A stretch of DNA of 64,000 nucleotides from Bordetella parapertussis (GCA_945864585.1 CAMBCF010000005.1:4992-68991), one strand, 5' to 3'; counted from the first letter of the stretch, positions 18,752-28,639 are shown. Program-made: numbers and translations. Notes: a model not told the origin generated them from the sequence alone.

Positions 18752-20365
18752 ATGCAAAACCAGGGCGCCTACGACTACATCATCATCGGCGCCGGCTCCG
18801 CCGGCTGCGTACTGGCGAACCGGTTATCCGCCGACCCGAATGTCTCCGTGCTGTTGATCGAAGCCGGCGGCAGGGACAACTGGCACTGGATCCACATCCC
18901 CGTCGGTTATCTGTATTGCATCGGCAATCCGCGCACCGACTGGTGTTACAAAACCGTGCCCGAAGCGGGGCTGAATGGCCGCACCATCAACTACCCGCGT
19001 GGGCGCGTGCTCGGCGGCAGTTCGTCGATCAACGCCATGCTGTATTTGCGCGGGCAGGCGCGCGACTACGACGAATGGGCGCAGGTTACGGGTGACTCCG
19101 GATGGGCGTGGCAAAACGTGTTGTCCACCTTCATGCAGGTTGAAGACCACTGGAAAGGCGCCGACGAAAAGCATGGTGAAGGCGGCGAGCTGCATGTGGA
19201 TACGCCGCGCACCAGCTGGGAGATTCTGGATGCATTTCGCGATGCCGCGGTAGAGAATGGCGTTCCGTTAACGCAGGATTTTAATCGCGGCGATAACGAG
19301 GGCGTGGCGCGCTTCGAGGTGACACAGAAAGACGGCATGCGCTGGAGCACGGCGAAGGCTTTTCTGCGCCCAGCAATGGAACGCCCGAATCTCACCGTGC
19401 TTACCCAAGCACTGGTGCACAAACTGCGGCTCGACGGCCGCCGCGTGCTAGGCGTCGAATTTAGCCGCGGGCGCGAAGTATCATTTGCCGCAGCGCGACG
19501 CGAAACCATTTTATCTGCAGGCGCCATCGGCAGCCCGCAAATACTGCAACTCAGCGGCATCGGGCCTGCTGCTTTACTGCAAAAGCACGGCATACCACTG
19601 GTGCACGAGCTGCCTGTAGGCGAGAACCTGCAGGACCATTTGCAACTGCGGCTGGCCTACAAAATTCAAGGCGCGCTGACGCTCAACACGGTGCTCGATT
19701 CATGGTGGTACAAGATGAAAATCGCCCTCGAATACGCACTGCACCGCAGCGGCCCCATGACCATGCCGCCGTCGCAGACCGGCGCCTTCGTGAAGTCCGA
19801 TCCTTCGCAAAGAACCGCGAATCTTGAATACCACGTGCAGCCGATTACACTGGATCGCTTCGGCGCGCCGCCGCACAAGTTCCCGGCGTTCACCGCCAGC
19901 GTGTGCAACCTGCGTCCCACCTCGCGCGGACATGTGAGCATTACCTCGGCTGACCCACGTGCGTATCCGGCGATTGCGCCGAACTATCTTGCCACCGACG
20001 AAGACCGCAAAGTCGCCATCGACGCCATCCGCCTCACCCGCCGCATCGTCACCGAAAGCGCAGCGCTGAAAAAATACCAGCCCGAAGAATTCATGCCCGG
20101 CCCCGCGTTCCAGAGCGACGAGGAACTGGTCAAAGCCGCCGGTGACATCGGCACCACGATTTTTCATCCGGTCGGCACCTGCAAGATGGGACGCGCGAAT
20201 GATCCTTCCGCCGTGGTCGATACCGATTTCAAAGTGCGCGGCATCGAGCGGCTGCGCGTGATCGACGCCTCGATCATGCCGACGATTACCTCCGGCAACA
20301 CCAACGCGCCGACCATCATGATCGCCGAGCGTGCGAGCGAAATCGTCAGGCGCACATCCTCCTAG
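18752..20365 (+). CDS. GMC-family FAD oxidoreductase (choline/alcohol dehydrogenase-like)
   Basis: 537 aa; YDYIIIGAGSAGCVLANRLSADPNVSVLLIEAGG and C-terminal ..HPVGTCKMG.. motifs. Confidence 0.9.
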   Translation: MQNQGAYDYIIIGAGSAGCVLANRLSADPNVSVLLIEAGGRDNWHWIHIPVGYLYCIGNPRTDWCYKTVPEAGLNGRTINYPRGRVLGGSSSINAMLYLRGQARDYDEWAQVTGDSGWAWQNVLSTFMQVEDHWKGADEKHGEGGELHVDTPRTSWEILDAFRDAAVENGVPLTQDFNRGDNEGVARFEVTQKDGMRWSTAKAFLRPAMERPNLTVLTQALVHKLRLDGRRVLGVEFSRGREVSFAAARRETILSAGAIGSPQILQLSGIGPAALLQKHGIPLVHELPVGENLQDHLQLRLAYKIQGALTLNTVLDSWWYKMKIALEYALHRSGPMTMPPSQTGAFVKSDPSQRTANLEYHVQPITLDRFGAPPHKFPAFTASVCNLRPTSRGHVSITSADPRAYPAIAPNYLATDEDRKVAIDAIRLTRRIVTESAALKKYQPEEFMPGPAFQSDEELVKAAGDIGTTIFHPVGTCKMGRANDPSAVVDTDFKVRGIERLRVIDASIMPTITSGNTNAPTIMIAERASEIVRRTSS

Positions 20366-20369
20366 CTCT

Positions 20370-20409
20370 GTAGGGCGGGTTAGGCGCGCCGTATGCGCCG
20401 TAACCCGCC
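20370..20409. repeat. REP-like imperfect palindrome (GTAGGGCGGGTTA...TAACCCGCC), copy 1
   Basis: gtagggcgggttaggcgcgccgtatgcgccgtaacccgcc just after the GMC stop codon. Confidence 0.7.
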
Positions 20410-20448
20410 GCTCACGCCCCACGCTGGCGGATGAAACGCCCCACACAC

Positions 20449-20478
20449 GGCGGGTTACGCTACGCTAACCCGCCCTAC
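20449..20478. repeat. REP-like palindrome, copy 2 (inverted relative to copy 1)
   Basis: ggcgggtta-cgctacgc-taacccgccctac; 9-bp stem. Confidence 0.7.
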
Positions 20479-20601
20479 GCCGGCTGGATTATCCTGCGCC
20501 GAAGCCCAGCCGCCCTGCGCCGCGTGCAATACAAACCCGGCGCCCACTGCGCCTTTGACGAACCCGCGTCGTGTCATGCTCATGACTCCTCCAGATCAAA
20601 C

Positions 20602-20644
20602 GGCGGGTTACGGCGACAAACTACGTCGCCTAACCCGCCCTACG
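20602..20644. repeat. REP-like palindrome, copy 3 (long stem)
   Basis: ggcgggttacggcgac-aaacta-cgtcgcctaacccgccctacg; overlaps the last codons of the GST gene. Confidence 0.7.
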
Positions 20645-21254
20645 CAGGCTGCGTCGCCACAACCGAAGCCCGCTGCTTCACCCCCTCATACCACTGCGCC
20701 AACAGCGGACGCGATTCCCGCCAGTTCTCATCAACAAAACGAAAATCCAGATAGCCCAGCACGCACACCGCGCCGATCTGGCCGATGCCGAAGCGTGCGC
20801 CCCACGCCGGCGCTTCAGCAGCCAGCGCATCGAGCCCGTTGCGAACCTTGATGAACTGGCCTTTTACCCAGCCGTCCCAGCGGTACTCTTGTGGCCGCAC
20901 AAATGTTTCGTAGCGGGTCAGCACCGCCGCATCGAGTATGCCGTCGCACAGTGACTGCAAGCGCAGCGCATCCCAACGCGTGGCATCCGCTGGAATGATG
21001 TGCGCGCCGCTATGCAGGCTGTCGAGGTATTCGCAGATCACCGATGAGTCATACAGCACCTTGCCGCCATCGCCGTCGTCAATTTGCAGCGCGGGGATTT
21101 TTACCAGGGGATTGTGTGTGGCAAGATCGGCGTTGGGGCTGACCGGCGACACCATGACAGCGATTTCCTCGATACGCGGTAACTGTCCGGTCTCGCGCGC
21201 AACGATGCGCACCTTGCGGGCGAAGGGTGATGCGGGGTTATGCCATAGACGCAT
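20640..21254 (-). CDS. glutathione S-transferase
   Basis: 204 aa; N-terminal thioredoxin-like ..SPFARKVRI..VKIPAL..LYDSSVICEYL.. and helical C-domain. Confidence 0.85.
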   Translation of the reverse strand: MRLWHNPASPFARKVRIVARETGQLPRIEEIAVMVSPVSPNADLATHNPLVKIPALQIDDGDGGKVLYDSSVICEYLDSLHSGAHIIPADATRWDALRLQSLCDGILDAAVLTRYETFVRPQEYRWDGWVKGQFIKVRNGLDALAAEAPAWGARFGIGQIGAVCVLGYLDFRFVDENWRESRPLLAQWYEGVKQRASVVATQPA

Positions 21255-21272
21255 GATGTTCTCCTTTCCGAT

Positions 21273-22013
21273 TCACTTCCCTGCCAATAACCGTCCCCAC
21301 CCCGCCACCGGCGGCGCGATGCCTGCTGCAATCAATCGCCACGGCTGGGTAATCGGATTGGTCACCACCGGTATGCCAAAATCTTCTTCCAAAATCGGCA
21401 CCGCGGCAAGGCTGCGCCACGCGCCGCCCGCCAGAAACAGCGCATCGGCCCCGGGCGCGCGCCGCATCGCTTCACGGCCCAACTGGAAAGCGAGTTTTAC
21501 GCCCTCTTCGATGCTCATGGAAAATGCCTGCTTGGCCCATTGCCCAACACTGGTGATGGCGAGCACTTCGAAACCCGCCTGCGTCAGATAATCCACCACC
21601 CGTTTGTTGAGAGGTTCGGACCAGCGGCTGGCCACCGCAATGCGCTTCGCGCCAAAATGCTGGAGCGCCGCGACAGTGGCCTCGGCATGTGCATCCACCA
21701 CCACACCGGTTTTGCGCGCGGTTTCTTCCAGCAGCGCCTGCACGCGCGGGCGGCCCAGTTGCGAGGCAATAGGGAATCCCGCGAGGGTGATACTGTTTGC
21801 GCCCTGCCGCATCAAGTCATCCACACAGGCCCAGTAGCGCTGATCTATCGCCTGGTGTACGCCTTCGGTGGTGTAGTCCGTTACCTCTATCGAGGATGCA
21901 ATATGGTGTATATCGGGCGGCAGTAAAGGTTGCGGCTGCGACATGGGATGGCGATCTTCTCCGATCGGAGAAACGCTGCCGAGGATGTAGCGGGGTTTCA
22001 CGGTGTCATTCAT
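21273..22013 (-). CDS. Asp/Glu/hydantoin-racemase-superfamily protein (maleate isomerase / arylmalonate decarboxylase-like)
   Basis: ORF 21273-22106; start taken at MNDTVKP (22013) because upstream codons translate the REP-like hairpin. Confidence 0.65.
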   Translation of the reverse strand: MNDTVKPRYILGSVSPIGEDRHPMSQPQPLLPPDIHHIASSIEVTDYTTEGVHQAIDQRYWACVDDLMRQGANSITLAGFPIASQLGRPRVQALLEETARKTGVVVDAHAEATVAALQHFGAKRIAVASRWSEPLNKRVVDYLTQAGFEVLAITSVGQWAKQAFSMSIEEGVKLAFQLGREAMRRAPGADALFLAGGAWRSLAAVPILEEDFGIPVVTNPITQPWRLIAAGIAPPVAGWGRLLAGK

Positions 22014-22074
22014 TGCACTCTCCGATAATTGGTATGCAAACACGGTGGTGCTTGCACCGCCCCTCACCCTCGGT

Positions 22075-22095
22075 CCCTCTCCCGGCGGGAGAGGG
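22075..22095. repeat. 9-bp-stem hairpin CCCTCTCCC-ggc-GGGAGAGGG
   Basis: 8 nt downstream of the CbbO/NorD-like stop codon on the minus strand; no U-tract follows. Confidence 0.5.
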
Positions 22096-22102
22096 ATGAA
22101 AA

Positions 22103-24610
22103 TCACCGCCGCAGCTTTAAATAAATCTCCGGCAATTTCTTCGGCAGGCTGTTGATGTGATCCAGCACCAGATAATGCCCCGCACCGAATATCTGCGGCA
22201 AATACTGATTCGCCATGGTGTCCACCGTGATGCAGAACGGATGCACGCCCTTGGCCACCGCTTCCTTCACCGCCATGCGCGTGTCTTCATGCAGATAGCG
22301 GCGGTCGCCACCGTCGTCGTAATCTTCGGGACGCCCGTCCGACAGCAGCAACAATAATCGCCTGCGGCTTTCCACGCGCTCAAAATGTTTGGTGGCATGA
22401 CGTATCGCCGCACCCATGCGTGTAGCCAGCCGGCCCGACATGCCGCCGATCTGGCTGCGCACGTCGTCATTGTACGATTCGTCAAAATCCTTGATGTTGT
22501 AGTAACTCACATTGTCGCGATACTTGGAGCAAAAGCCTGCGATGGCGTAGTTGTCGCCGACTTCCTCCATGCTTTCCGCGAACAGCAGCACACCCGCGCG
22601 AATGCGGTCCACCAGCCGCCCGCCGCCTTCCGGCAGATGCTGCATGATCGAGGTCGACATATCCGCCAGCAAAATCACGGAAATTTCGCGCTGGCGCATT
22701 TCGCGCCGCCGGTAGATCGCGGGAATCGGCGAGCGGCCCGAAATTTTTTCCGCCATGTATTCCACCACGGCATTCAAGTCAATTTCGTCACCATCCATCT
22801 GCTTGACCTTGGGCGACATGCGCGTGGGTTTTTGCGACTGAATGGCTTTTTTCAGGCGCTTCAGCGCATTTGAGTACTGCTTCATCAAGCGATTGGTCTC
22901 GGTGGTATTCGATTCGCCCAGTCGCTTCTCCTGCACCCAGCTCCAATTCTTTTTGTAGCGCGATTCGCGGTAATCCCATTCGGGATAGGGCACGCCCTTG
23001 TCCGCCGGGCCGCGCCCCGTCTGCTGGCCGTCGGGACGGCTCTCCGAGCGTTTCGCCGAGCCGCTGGTTTCACCCTCACCCGTGGTTTCCTGACGCTCGC
23101 CGCCATCCTGCTGCTCGCCGCTTTCCGATTCCTGCGGCGTGTCGTTTTCGTCCTCGCCTTTTTCGTCGGGCTGATTTTCCTGCTCCGCGCCGGGCTGGCT
23201 TTGCTGATCTTCGTCGGGATTGTCCTGCGGATGCGCCACACGCGTAGCGTTCGGCCCGCGTCCCGGCAGATAGGCCGCCGCAAACGCTTCGGCATCCGTC
23301 ACCCGCGGCAGCGTGTGCTCCGCAAAAATCGCACCGGCGATGCGATGGGCATCGGCCAGCGTCGCGCGGCGCTCATACAACGGCGCGAAGCGCGCATCGA
23401 GAATCGCTATGCCGCGCGCCGCGCGCAGCGCGTCTTCGGCTGTGGCAATCGCCAAATCATAGTACGCCCCAGTTTCCGCGTGTTTCACGCGGGCAGCCCA
23501 CGCATTGGCAATCAGCCGCTGAAAATAATTCGGTATCTGCTTTTGCAGGCGCGACTCTATGCGCAGGTCTTCGCACATGTCAAAGATCAACTGAAAACGC
23601 ATCGCGTCTTCGCCAAAGCGCATGAAGATCGGCGCCCACGACACCGTATCCGATTCGGGGAAATCGATCTTCGCATCGGCAAACATCTGGCGCATCGCCA
23701 CCCGCTCGAAGGTGCCGTGGCGCATGTGCCCCGCTGCATGCAACACCGACAGTATCGCCTCCTCACGATTGCCCATCACCGCCGGAAAATACAGGCACTG
23801 GCCGTCAGTCTCCATGAAGGGGCGGCCCTTCTCCGGCGACCAGGCGCTTTCCTTGAGCTCCATACCTTCGCCGAACCACACTTCGAGCAGTATCCCGAGC
23901 AGGCGGTTGCGGTCGGCCAGCTTGTAGCCCTGCATGTTCTCCAGCAGCAAGGCGAGGCTTTCCTCGGACTCCAGGCGGAAATAGGCTTCGCCGCGGGTGC
24001 GGCCCGACTGTATGATGTCGGCGCCGCGCATCGCCCACGGCAACACCGCCTGCGCGCCGAGCAGATTGCGCACGCGGATCGCACCCGGCAGAAACGTCGC
24101 CAGTTGCAGCTTGCGAGATTCGTACAATTCCTCGGCGGGCGCGTTCAGTTGCTCGATCGCGGCAATGCCACCGCCACGACCGGAAATCTCAAGCACGGGT
24201 GTGGTAAAAAAGGCGCAACCACAATCGACGGAACGCGCGCACCACGCCAAACCGATGCCCGCCCAGCGCTCCTCGCCCGCGTGACCCAGCGAGCCAAATG
24301 CGCGCGGCAGGTTTTTCATAAAACCTTCGATGGCGGGCCACGAGTGTCGCCAGCGCATGATCTGCAGCGCCTGGCGCGTCCATGGCAGCACCACTTCGGA
24401 TATTTTTTCGGCCTCGCGGCTGCCGCGCGCAAATGCCTTGCCGGCCTCGCGATCAAAGTCATACAGCGTGCGGCAGGCGTTTATCCAGTCAAGCGTTACC
24501 GCCTCGCCGTGCGGACGAATGACCGGCAACACGCCTTCGATTTCCGCAAGCAAATCACTATTCACCTCGCGAATGGCGTCGAGCAGCGTGCGTATGGCAG
24601 GAGATGACAC
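22103..24610 (-). CDS. CbbO/NorD-family protein with C-terminal von Willebrand factor A domain
   Basis: 835 aa; acidic low-complexity insert (..DEDQQSQPGAEQENQPDEKGEDENDTPQESESGEQQDG..) followed by VWA/MIDAS-like ..ISVILLADMSTSI..; directly downstream of the AAA+ gene. Confidence 0.8.
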   Translation of the reverse strand: MSSPAIRTLLDAIREVNSDLLAEIEGVLPVIRPHGEAVTLDWINACRTLYDFDREAGKAFARGSREAEKISEVVLPWTRQALQIMRWRHSWPAIEGFMKNLPRAFGSLGHAGEERWAGIGLAWCARSVDCGCAFFTTPVLEISGRGGGIAAIEQLNAPAEELYESRKLQLATFLPGAIRVRNLLGAQAVLPWAMRGADIIQSGRTRGEAYFRLESEESLALLLENMQGYKLADRNRLLGILLEVWFGEGMELKESAWSPEKGRPFMETDGQCLYFPAVMGNREEAILSVLHAAGHMRHGTFERVAMRQMFADAKIDFPESDTVSWAPIFMRFGEDAMRFQLIFDMCEDLRIESRLQKQIPNYFQRLIANAWAARVKHAETGAYYDLAIATAEDALRAARGIAILDARFAPLYERRATLADAHRIAGAIFAEHTLPRVTDAEAFAAAYLPGRGPNATRVAHPQDNPDEDQQSQPGAEQENQPDEKGEDENDTPQESESGEQQDGGERQETTGEGETSGSAKRSESRPDGQQTGRGPADKGVPYPEWDYRESRYKKNWSWVQEKRLGESNTTETNRLMKQYSNALKRLKKAIQSQKPTRMSPKVKQMDGDEIDLNAVVEYMAEKISGRSPIPAIYRRREMRQREISVILLADMSTSIMQHLPEGGGRLVDRIRAGVLLFAESMEEVGDNYAIAGFCSKYRDNVSYYNIKDFDESYNDDVRSQIGGMSGRLATRMGAAIRHATKHFERVESRRRLLLLLSDGRPEDYDDGGDRRYLHEDTRMAVKEAVAKGVHPFCITVDTMANQYLPQIFGAGHYLVLDHINSLPKKLPEIYLKLRR

Positions 24611-24622
24611 GGACAGCAGGGC

Positions 24623-25471
24623 CTATACCGCAAAGTGCGCGTTAACAATCTCCATCAATGCCTCGGCCAGCTCCGGGTCATCGGTGATCGGGTTGACCAT
24701 CGCCACCTGACATGCCGCTACCGCATCCAGCCCTGCAATGATCATCGCGCCTGCGTAGACCAGTGCGCGGGTGGAGGTCGCTTCTTCAAGACCGTGGTCC
24801 TTCAGAAGCCGCGCCTTGCGCCCGGCGGCGACCAGTTGCTGCGCCGTCTCATGCGAAAGTCCCGGCACTTCGTTTATCAGAATCTTGCGCTCGATGTCTT
24901 CGCTGGGAAAATCAAAGTTCAGGCCGATGAATCGCTGCTTGGTCGACGGCTTCAGATCTTTAAGCACCGTTTGATAACCGGGGTTATACGAAATCACCAG
25001 CATGAAATCCTCATGCGCGTCTATTTCCTGGCCCTTTTTCTCGATGGTGAGTTTGCGGCGGTGATCCGTTAGCGAGTGAATCACCACGGTGGAATCGGTG
25101 CGCGCCTCGACAATTTCATCGAGATAACAAATTGCGCCGGCTTTCACCGCGCGCGTGAGCGGCCCGTCCTGCCACACCGTTTCCGCGCCTTCCAGCAGAA
25201 AGCGTCCGACCAGATCAGAACTGGTTAAATCCTCGTGACACGACACCGTCACCAGCGGCCGCTGCAACTGAAACGCCATGTGCTCCAGAAAGCGCGTTTT
25301 GCCGCAGCCGGTGGGACCTTTGAGCATCACCGGCAGACGACGCCTGTAAGCGGCTTCGAACACCGCGATTTCGTTACCTTGCGGCTCGTAATACGGCGAA
25401 ATTTCGCCTGCCTGCGGCATTTGAACAATATCGTGCTCTACGCCACGCTGGCGCGCTGTTGCAGTCTTCAT
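24623..25471 (-). CDS. CbbQ/NorQ/NirQ-family MoxR-type AAA+ ATPase
   Basis: ORF 24623-25600; start taken at MKTATARQ (25471); ..[21 protein letters not shown].. Walker A. Confidence 0.85.
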   Translation of the reverse strand: MKTATARQRGVEHDIVQMPQAGEISPYYEPQGNEIAVFEAAYRRRLPVMLKGPTGCGKTRFLEHMAFQLQRPLVTVSCHEDLTSSDLVGRFLLEGAETVWQDGPLTRAVKAGAICYLDEIVEARTDSTVVIHSLTDHRRKLTIEKKGQEIDAHEDFMLVISYNPGYQTVLKDLKPSTKQRFIGLNFDFPSEDIERKILINEVPGLSHETAQQLVAAGRKARLLKDHGLEEATSTRALVYAGAMIIAGLDAVAACQVAMVNPITDDPELAEALMEIVNAHFAV

Positions 25472-25759
25472 TGATTCCCCGGATTGCGAATGAGTGCGAT
25501 TGGATTGGATCATTGCGTCAGGGTGGATTTTAACATCCGCGCTGGCGGCGGCACGCATGCACTGCACGCGCTGCACATCGTGGCGCAATCTGCCAGGCAA
25601 TTCTCCAGCGCTACGCGCTATTGCAGTCGCTACCGCTGAAGCGCTGGTCAGCGTGTGGACGCAGGCATAGAATCTGCGGCTGCGAGCGCACGCAATACAA
25701 GTCTAATAATATTAGTAAGTATCTGTTTTTAAACATTTATTTAAATAGATGAGAATGCT

Positions 25760-26248
25760 ATGATTATCCGCGGACTGCATCACAACGCCTACCGCTGCCG
25801 CGATTCCGAAGAAACGCGCAAGTTTTACCAGGATTTTCTCGGCCTGCCGCTGGCAGAAGCGTTTGAAATCAACGAAACCAGGAGCGGACGCAAGACCAGC
25901 GTGTTGCACAGCTTCTACCAGATGGGTGACGGCTCGTTTCTGGCGTTCTTTGAGGCGCCCGGCATGCCGTTCGAGTTCAAGCAACAGCACGACTTCGATC
26001 TGCATATCGCGCTGGAAGTCGATGAAGCTACGCTGCACGCTATGTTCGCCAAAGGCAGAACGTCGGGTATCGACACGCGCGGCATCGCCGACCACGGCTT
26101 CCTGCATTCGATTTATTTTCGCGATCCGAACGGCTATGTGATTGAACTCACCGCAAAAATGCCGGGACATGACCAGGCGATGGATAACGCAAGCAACGGC
26201 GCGCGGGGTAAGCTGGATCAATGGCAGTCCGCCAAACACGCGACATAA
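25760..26248 (+). CDS. VOC-family (glyoxalase/dioxygenase fold) protein
   Basis: 162 aa; MIIRGLHHNAYRCRDSEETRKFYQDFLGLPL..SIYFRDPNGYVIEL. Confidence 0.8.
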   Translation: MIIRGLHHNAYRCRDSEETRKFYQDFLGLPLAEAFEINETRSGRKTSVLHSFYQMGDGSFLAFFEAPGMPFEFKQQHDFDLHIALEVDEATLHAMFAKGRTSGIDTRGIADHGFLHSIYFRDPNGYVIELTAKMPGHDQAMDNASNGARGKLDQWQSAKHAT

Positions 26249-26255
26249 AACGCGT

Positions 26256-26555
26256 ATGCCGCCTGAGCTTACCGCTGCTATCGCAGAAAAAAACCCCGTC
26301 GTCAGTTGCAGCACCTGCCGTGCCAATTGCTGCAAACTGGAGGTGATGCTGATGGGCGAGGACGACGTGCCGGTTGCGTTGACGGCCATCGATCGCTGGG
26401 GCGGCCACGTCATGGCGCGGCTTGAAGACGGCTGGTGCGCTGCATTAAATCGCGACACACTGTTGTGCGGCATCTACCAGCGCCGGCCGGCGGTCTGCCG
26501 CGACTATGCACTCGGTGGCGATGACTGCCTGCAGGAACGAGCAAAGGTCGATTAG
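26256..26555 (+). CDS. YkgJ-family cysteine-cluster protein
   Basis: ORF 26142-26555; start taken at MPPELTAA (26256); SCSTCRANCCKLEV (C..C..CC) plus ..CGIYQRRPAVCRDY.. Confidence 0.7.
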   Translation: MPPELTAAIAEKNPVVSCSTCRANCCKLEVMLMGEDDVPVALTAIDRWGGHVMARLEDGWCAALNRDTLLCGIYQRRPAVCRDYALGGDDCLQERAKVD

Positions 26556-26576
26556 ATACGCTGTCCCGGCTTTGAC

Positions 26577-27074
26577 TTACAGATCAACCGGCCGGTTCGG
26601 CAACTCGTCGGGATTCGCATCGCGCGCCGGAAAGTGCCGCGTCAACAATGCGCTAATGTCACGCAGGCCGCCAAGCACGCCTTCCTCGAAGCGGCGTTCC
26701 CGGAACGCGGCTTCCATGCCCTGACAGATCGCTTCCCATTCACCCTGCGTCACGCGCGCGTTGATGCCGCGGTCGGCAATGATTTCGAAATCGCGATCGA
26801 CCAGTTGCAGATACAGCAGCACCCCGGTGTTTTCTTCGGTGTCCCACACGCGCAGGTCGGAAAACACCGTGATCGCACGGCTGTGCGCCGTCACGCCTTT
26901 GAGCAGCGGCAACACGCCGAATCCGCATTCGACTGCGAAGCGAACTTCGCCACAATGCGCCGCCTCGGATTGTGTAATCGCCGCTTCGATACGCGTGTAC
27001 GCGCCGGCCGCAAACGCACGCCGCGCGAGCCAATCCGGGGTCAGAAGATGCTTAAAAATACGCAATAAATTCAT
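26577..27074 (-). CDS. TPM-domain protein
   Basis: 165 aa; ..GEVRFAVE....ENTGVLLYLQLVDRDFEIIADRGI.. Confidence 0.75.
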   Translation of the reverse strand: MNLLRIFKHLLTPDWLARRAFAAGAYTRIEAAITQSEAAHCGEVRFAVECGFGVLPLLKGVTAHSRAITVFSDLRVWDTEENTGVLLYLQLVDRDFEIIADRGINARVTQGEWEAICQGMEAAFRERRFEEGVLGGLRDISALLTRHFPARDANPDELPNRPVDL

Positions 27075-27086
27075 AATGTTATAGCC

Positions 27087-27932
27087 TTACCAGCTACCCG
27101 AGGCGCCGCCGCCGCCGAAATCACCGCCACCACCGCCCCAACTGCCGCCCGACGATCCACCGCCACCACCGCCGCCAAAAAACGACAGCCCCAGCAGGCA
27201 CGCCACAAACACAATTAAACCAACCACGCCGCCGCCGATAACACCAGCGCCCAAAAATGCCGCTGCCACACCGGCAACGGAACCGGCAATCAGCGAACCC
27301 AAAAATGTGCCGAAAATCCAGCGCAAAAAGCCGCCCACAAACACCACCAGCAAACCGCCCCAGCTCAGCGCATCGTTTACCGAAAATTTAGCCGAGCTGC
27401 CGAGATTCACAGCTTTAGGCGCAGGCAGCGGTTCGCCGTCTACCAGCTTGATAATGCGATCCACACCTGCGTTAATGCCGCCGTTGAAATCCGCTTTTTT
27501 GAACGGCGCAACCATGTATTCGTCGATGATGCGCTTGCCGATGGCGTCGGGCAGCGCACCCTCAAGTCCACGCCCGGCCTCGATACGCATCCTGCGATCG
27601 TTCTTCGCGATCAACAAAAGCACGCCGTCGGCGACGCCTTTACGGCCGATTTTCCATTGATCGGTCACGCGTATCGAATACTGCTCGATCGTTTCCGGCT
27701 CTGTCGTTGGCACCAACAGCACGGCGATCTGGCTGCCTTTGCGCTGCTCAAACGCCGCGAGCTTCGCTTCCAGCGCGGCGCTTTGTTCCGTGGTAAGGGT
27801 CGCAGTGAGATCGGTAACACGCGTCTTCAGCGGCGGCACTGCGACGTCCGCCGAAACTGAAGGTACAAAGAATGGCGCCACCAACAAAACTGCCGCGAGG
27901 ATCACTCGCGGCAACAGGGGAAAACCGTGCAT
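27087..27932 (-). CDS. TPM-domain (YgcG-like) membrane protein with Gly-rich tail
   Basis: 281 aa; signal peptide, TPM core (..QIAVLLVPTTEPETIEQYS..), TM segments, tail GGGGGGSSGGSWGGGGGDFGGGGASGSW. Confidence 0.8.
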   Translation of the reverse strand: MHGFPLLPRVILAAVLLVAPFFVPSVSADVAVPPLKTRVTDLTATLTTEQSAALEAKLAAFEQRKGSQIAVLLVPTTEPETIEQYSIRVTDQWKIGRKGVADGVLLLIAKNDRRMRIEAGRGLEGALPDAIGKRIIDEYMVAPFKKADFNGGINAGVDRIIKLVDGEPLPAPKAVNLGSSAKFSVNDALSWGGLLVVFVGGFLRWIFGTFLGSLIAGSVAGVAAAFLGAGVIGGGVVGLIVFVACLLGLSFFGGGGGGGSSGGSWGGGGGDFGGGGASGSW

Positions 27933-27940
27933 GAACGCGC

Positions 27941-28609
27941 TTACTTCGCGGCCGGCACCGTGTACTCGTTCGGCGGGCTGGGCGGTATCGCGGCGGGTGC
28001 GGGTGTTGCCGCGGGCTTCGCGCCGAAATCAATCTTCGGCGGCTCGGCGATGGCTTTTTCACTATCCACGGTGAACTGCGGCTTCACCTTGAAGCCAAAC
28101 AGCATCGCCGTCAGATTGCTCGGAAACTGGCGCACGGTGACGTTGAATTCCTGCACCGCCTTGATGTAGCGGTTGCGCGCCACGGTGATGCGGTTTTCCG
28201 TGCCTTCGAGTTGCGCTTGCAGATCACGGAAGTTCTGATCGGATTTCAGTTGCGGATAGTTTTCCGCCACCAGCATCAGCCGTCCCAGTGAAGACGACAA
28301 CTGCGCTTGCGCCGCCTGGAATTTGGCGAAGGCCTCCGGGTTGTTTATGAGTTCAGGCGTGGCCTGAATGGCGCCGACCTGGGCGCGCGCTTTGGTCACG
28401 CCCAGAAACACTTCTTTTTCCTGTGCGGCAAAACCCTCAACTACCTTCACCAGATTGGGAATCAAATCGGCGCGGCGCTTGTACTGGTTAAGCACTTCGG
28501 ACCACGCCGCGCTCACCTGCTCGTCGGTGGTTTGCAGCGTGTTGTAACCGCAGCCGCCCAATAAGCTTGCTGAAACCAAAAGCAGTAATAGGCTCAGGCG
28601 CTTTAACAT
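27941..28609 (-). CDS. lemA: LemA-family protein (lipoprotein-type signal)
   Basis: ORF 27941-28624; start taken at MLKRLSLLLLLVSASLLGGCGY; ..YKRRADLIPNLV..NRITVARNRY.. Confidence 0.85.
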   Translation of the reverse strand: MLKRLSLLLLLVSASLLGGCGYNTLQTTDEQVSAAWSEVLNQYKRRADLIPNLVKVVEGFAAQEKEVFLGVTKARAQVGAIQATPELINNPEAFAKFQAAQAQLSSSLGRLMLVAENYPQLKSDQNFRDLQAQLEGTENRITVARNRYIKAVQEFNVTVRQFPSNLTAMLFGFKVKPQFTVDSEKAIAEPPKIDFGAKPAATPAPAAIPPSPPNEYTVPAAK

Positions 28610-28639
28610 GGCTTTCTCCTCCATTAGGAATTGCCCATT

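Noticed and set aside
20431-20754. 107-aa ORF across the REP cluster (..GGLRYANPPYAG..)
   Set aside because: Its sequence is just the translation of the palindromic repeats and the antisense of the GST 3' end.
22103-25471. Calling the AAA+/VWA pair a Rubisco activase (cbbQ/cbbO) outright
   Set aside because: No Rubisco, carboxysome or Calvin-cycle gene is in the window, and NorQ/NorD and other MoxR-VWA pairs are too similar to separate by eye. The call stays at family level.
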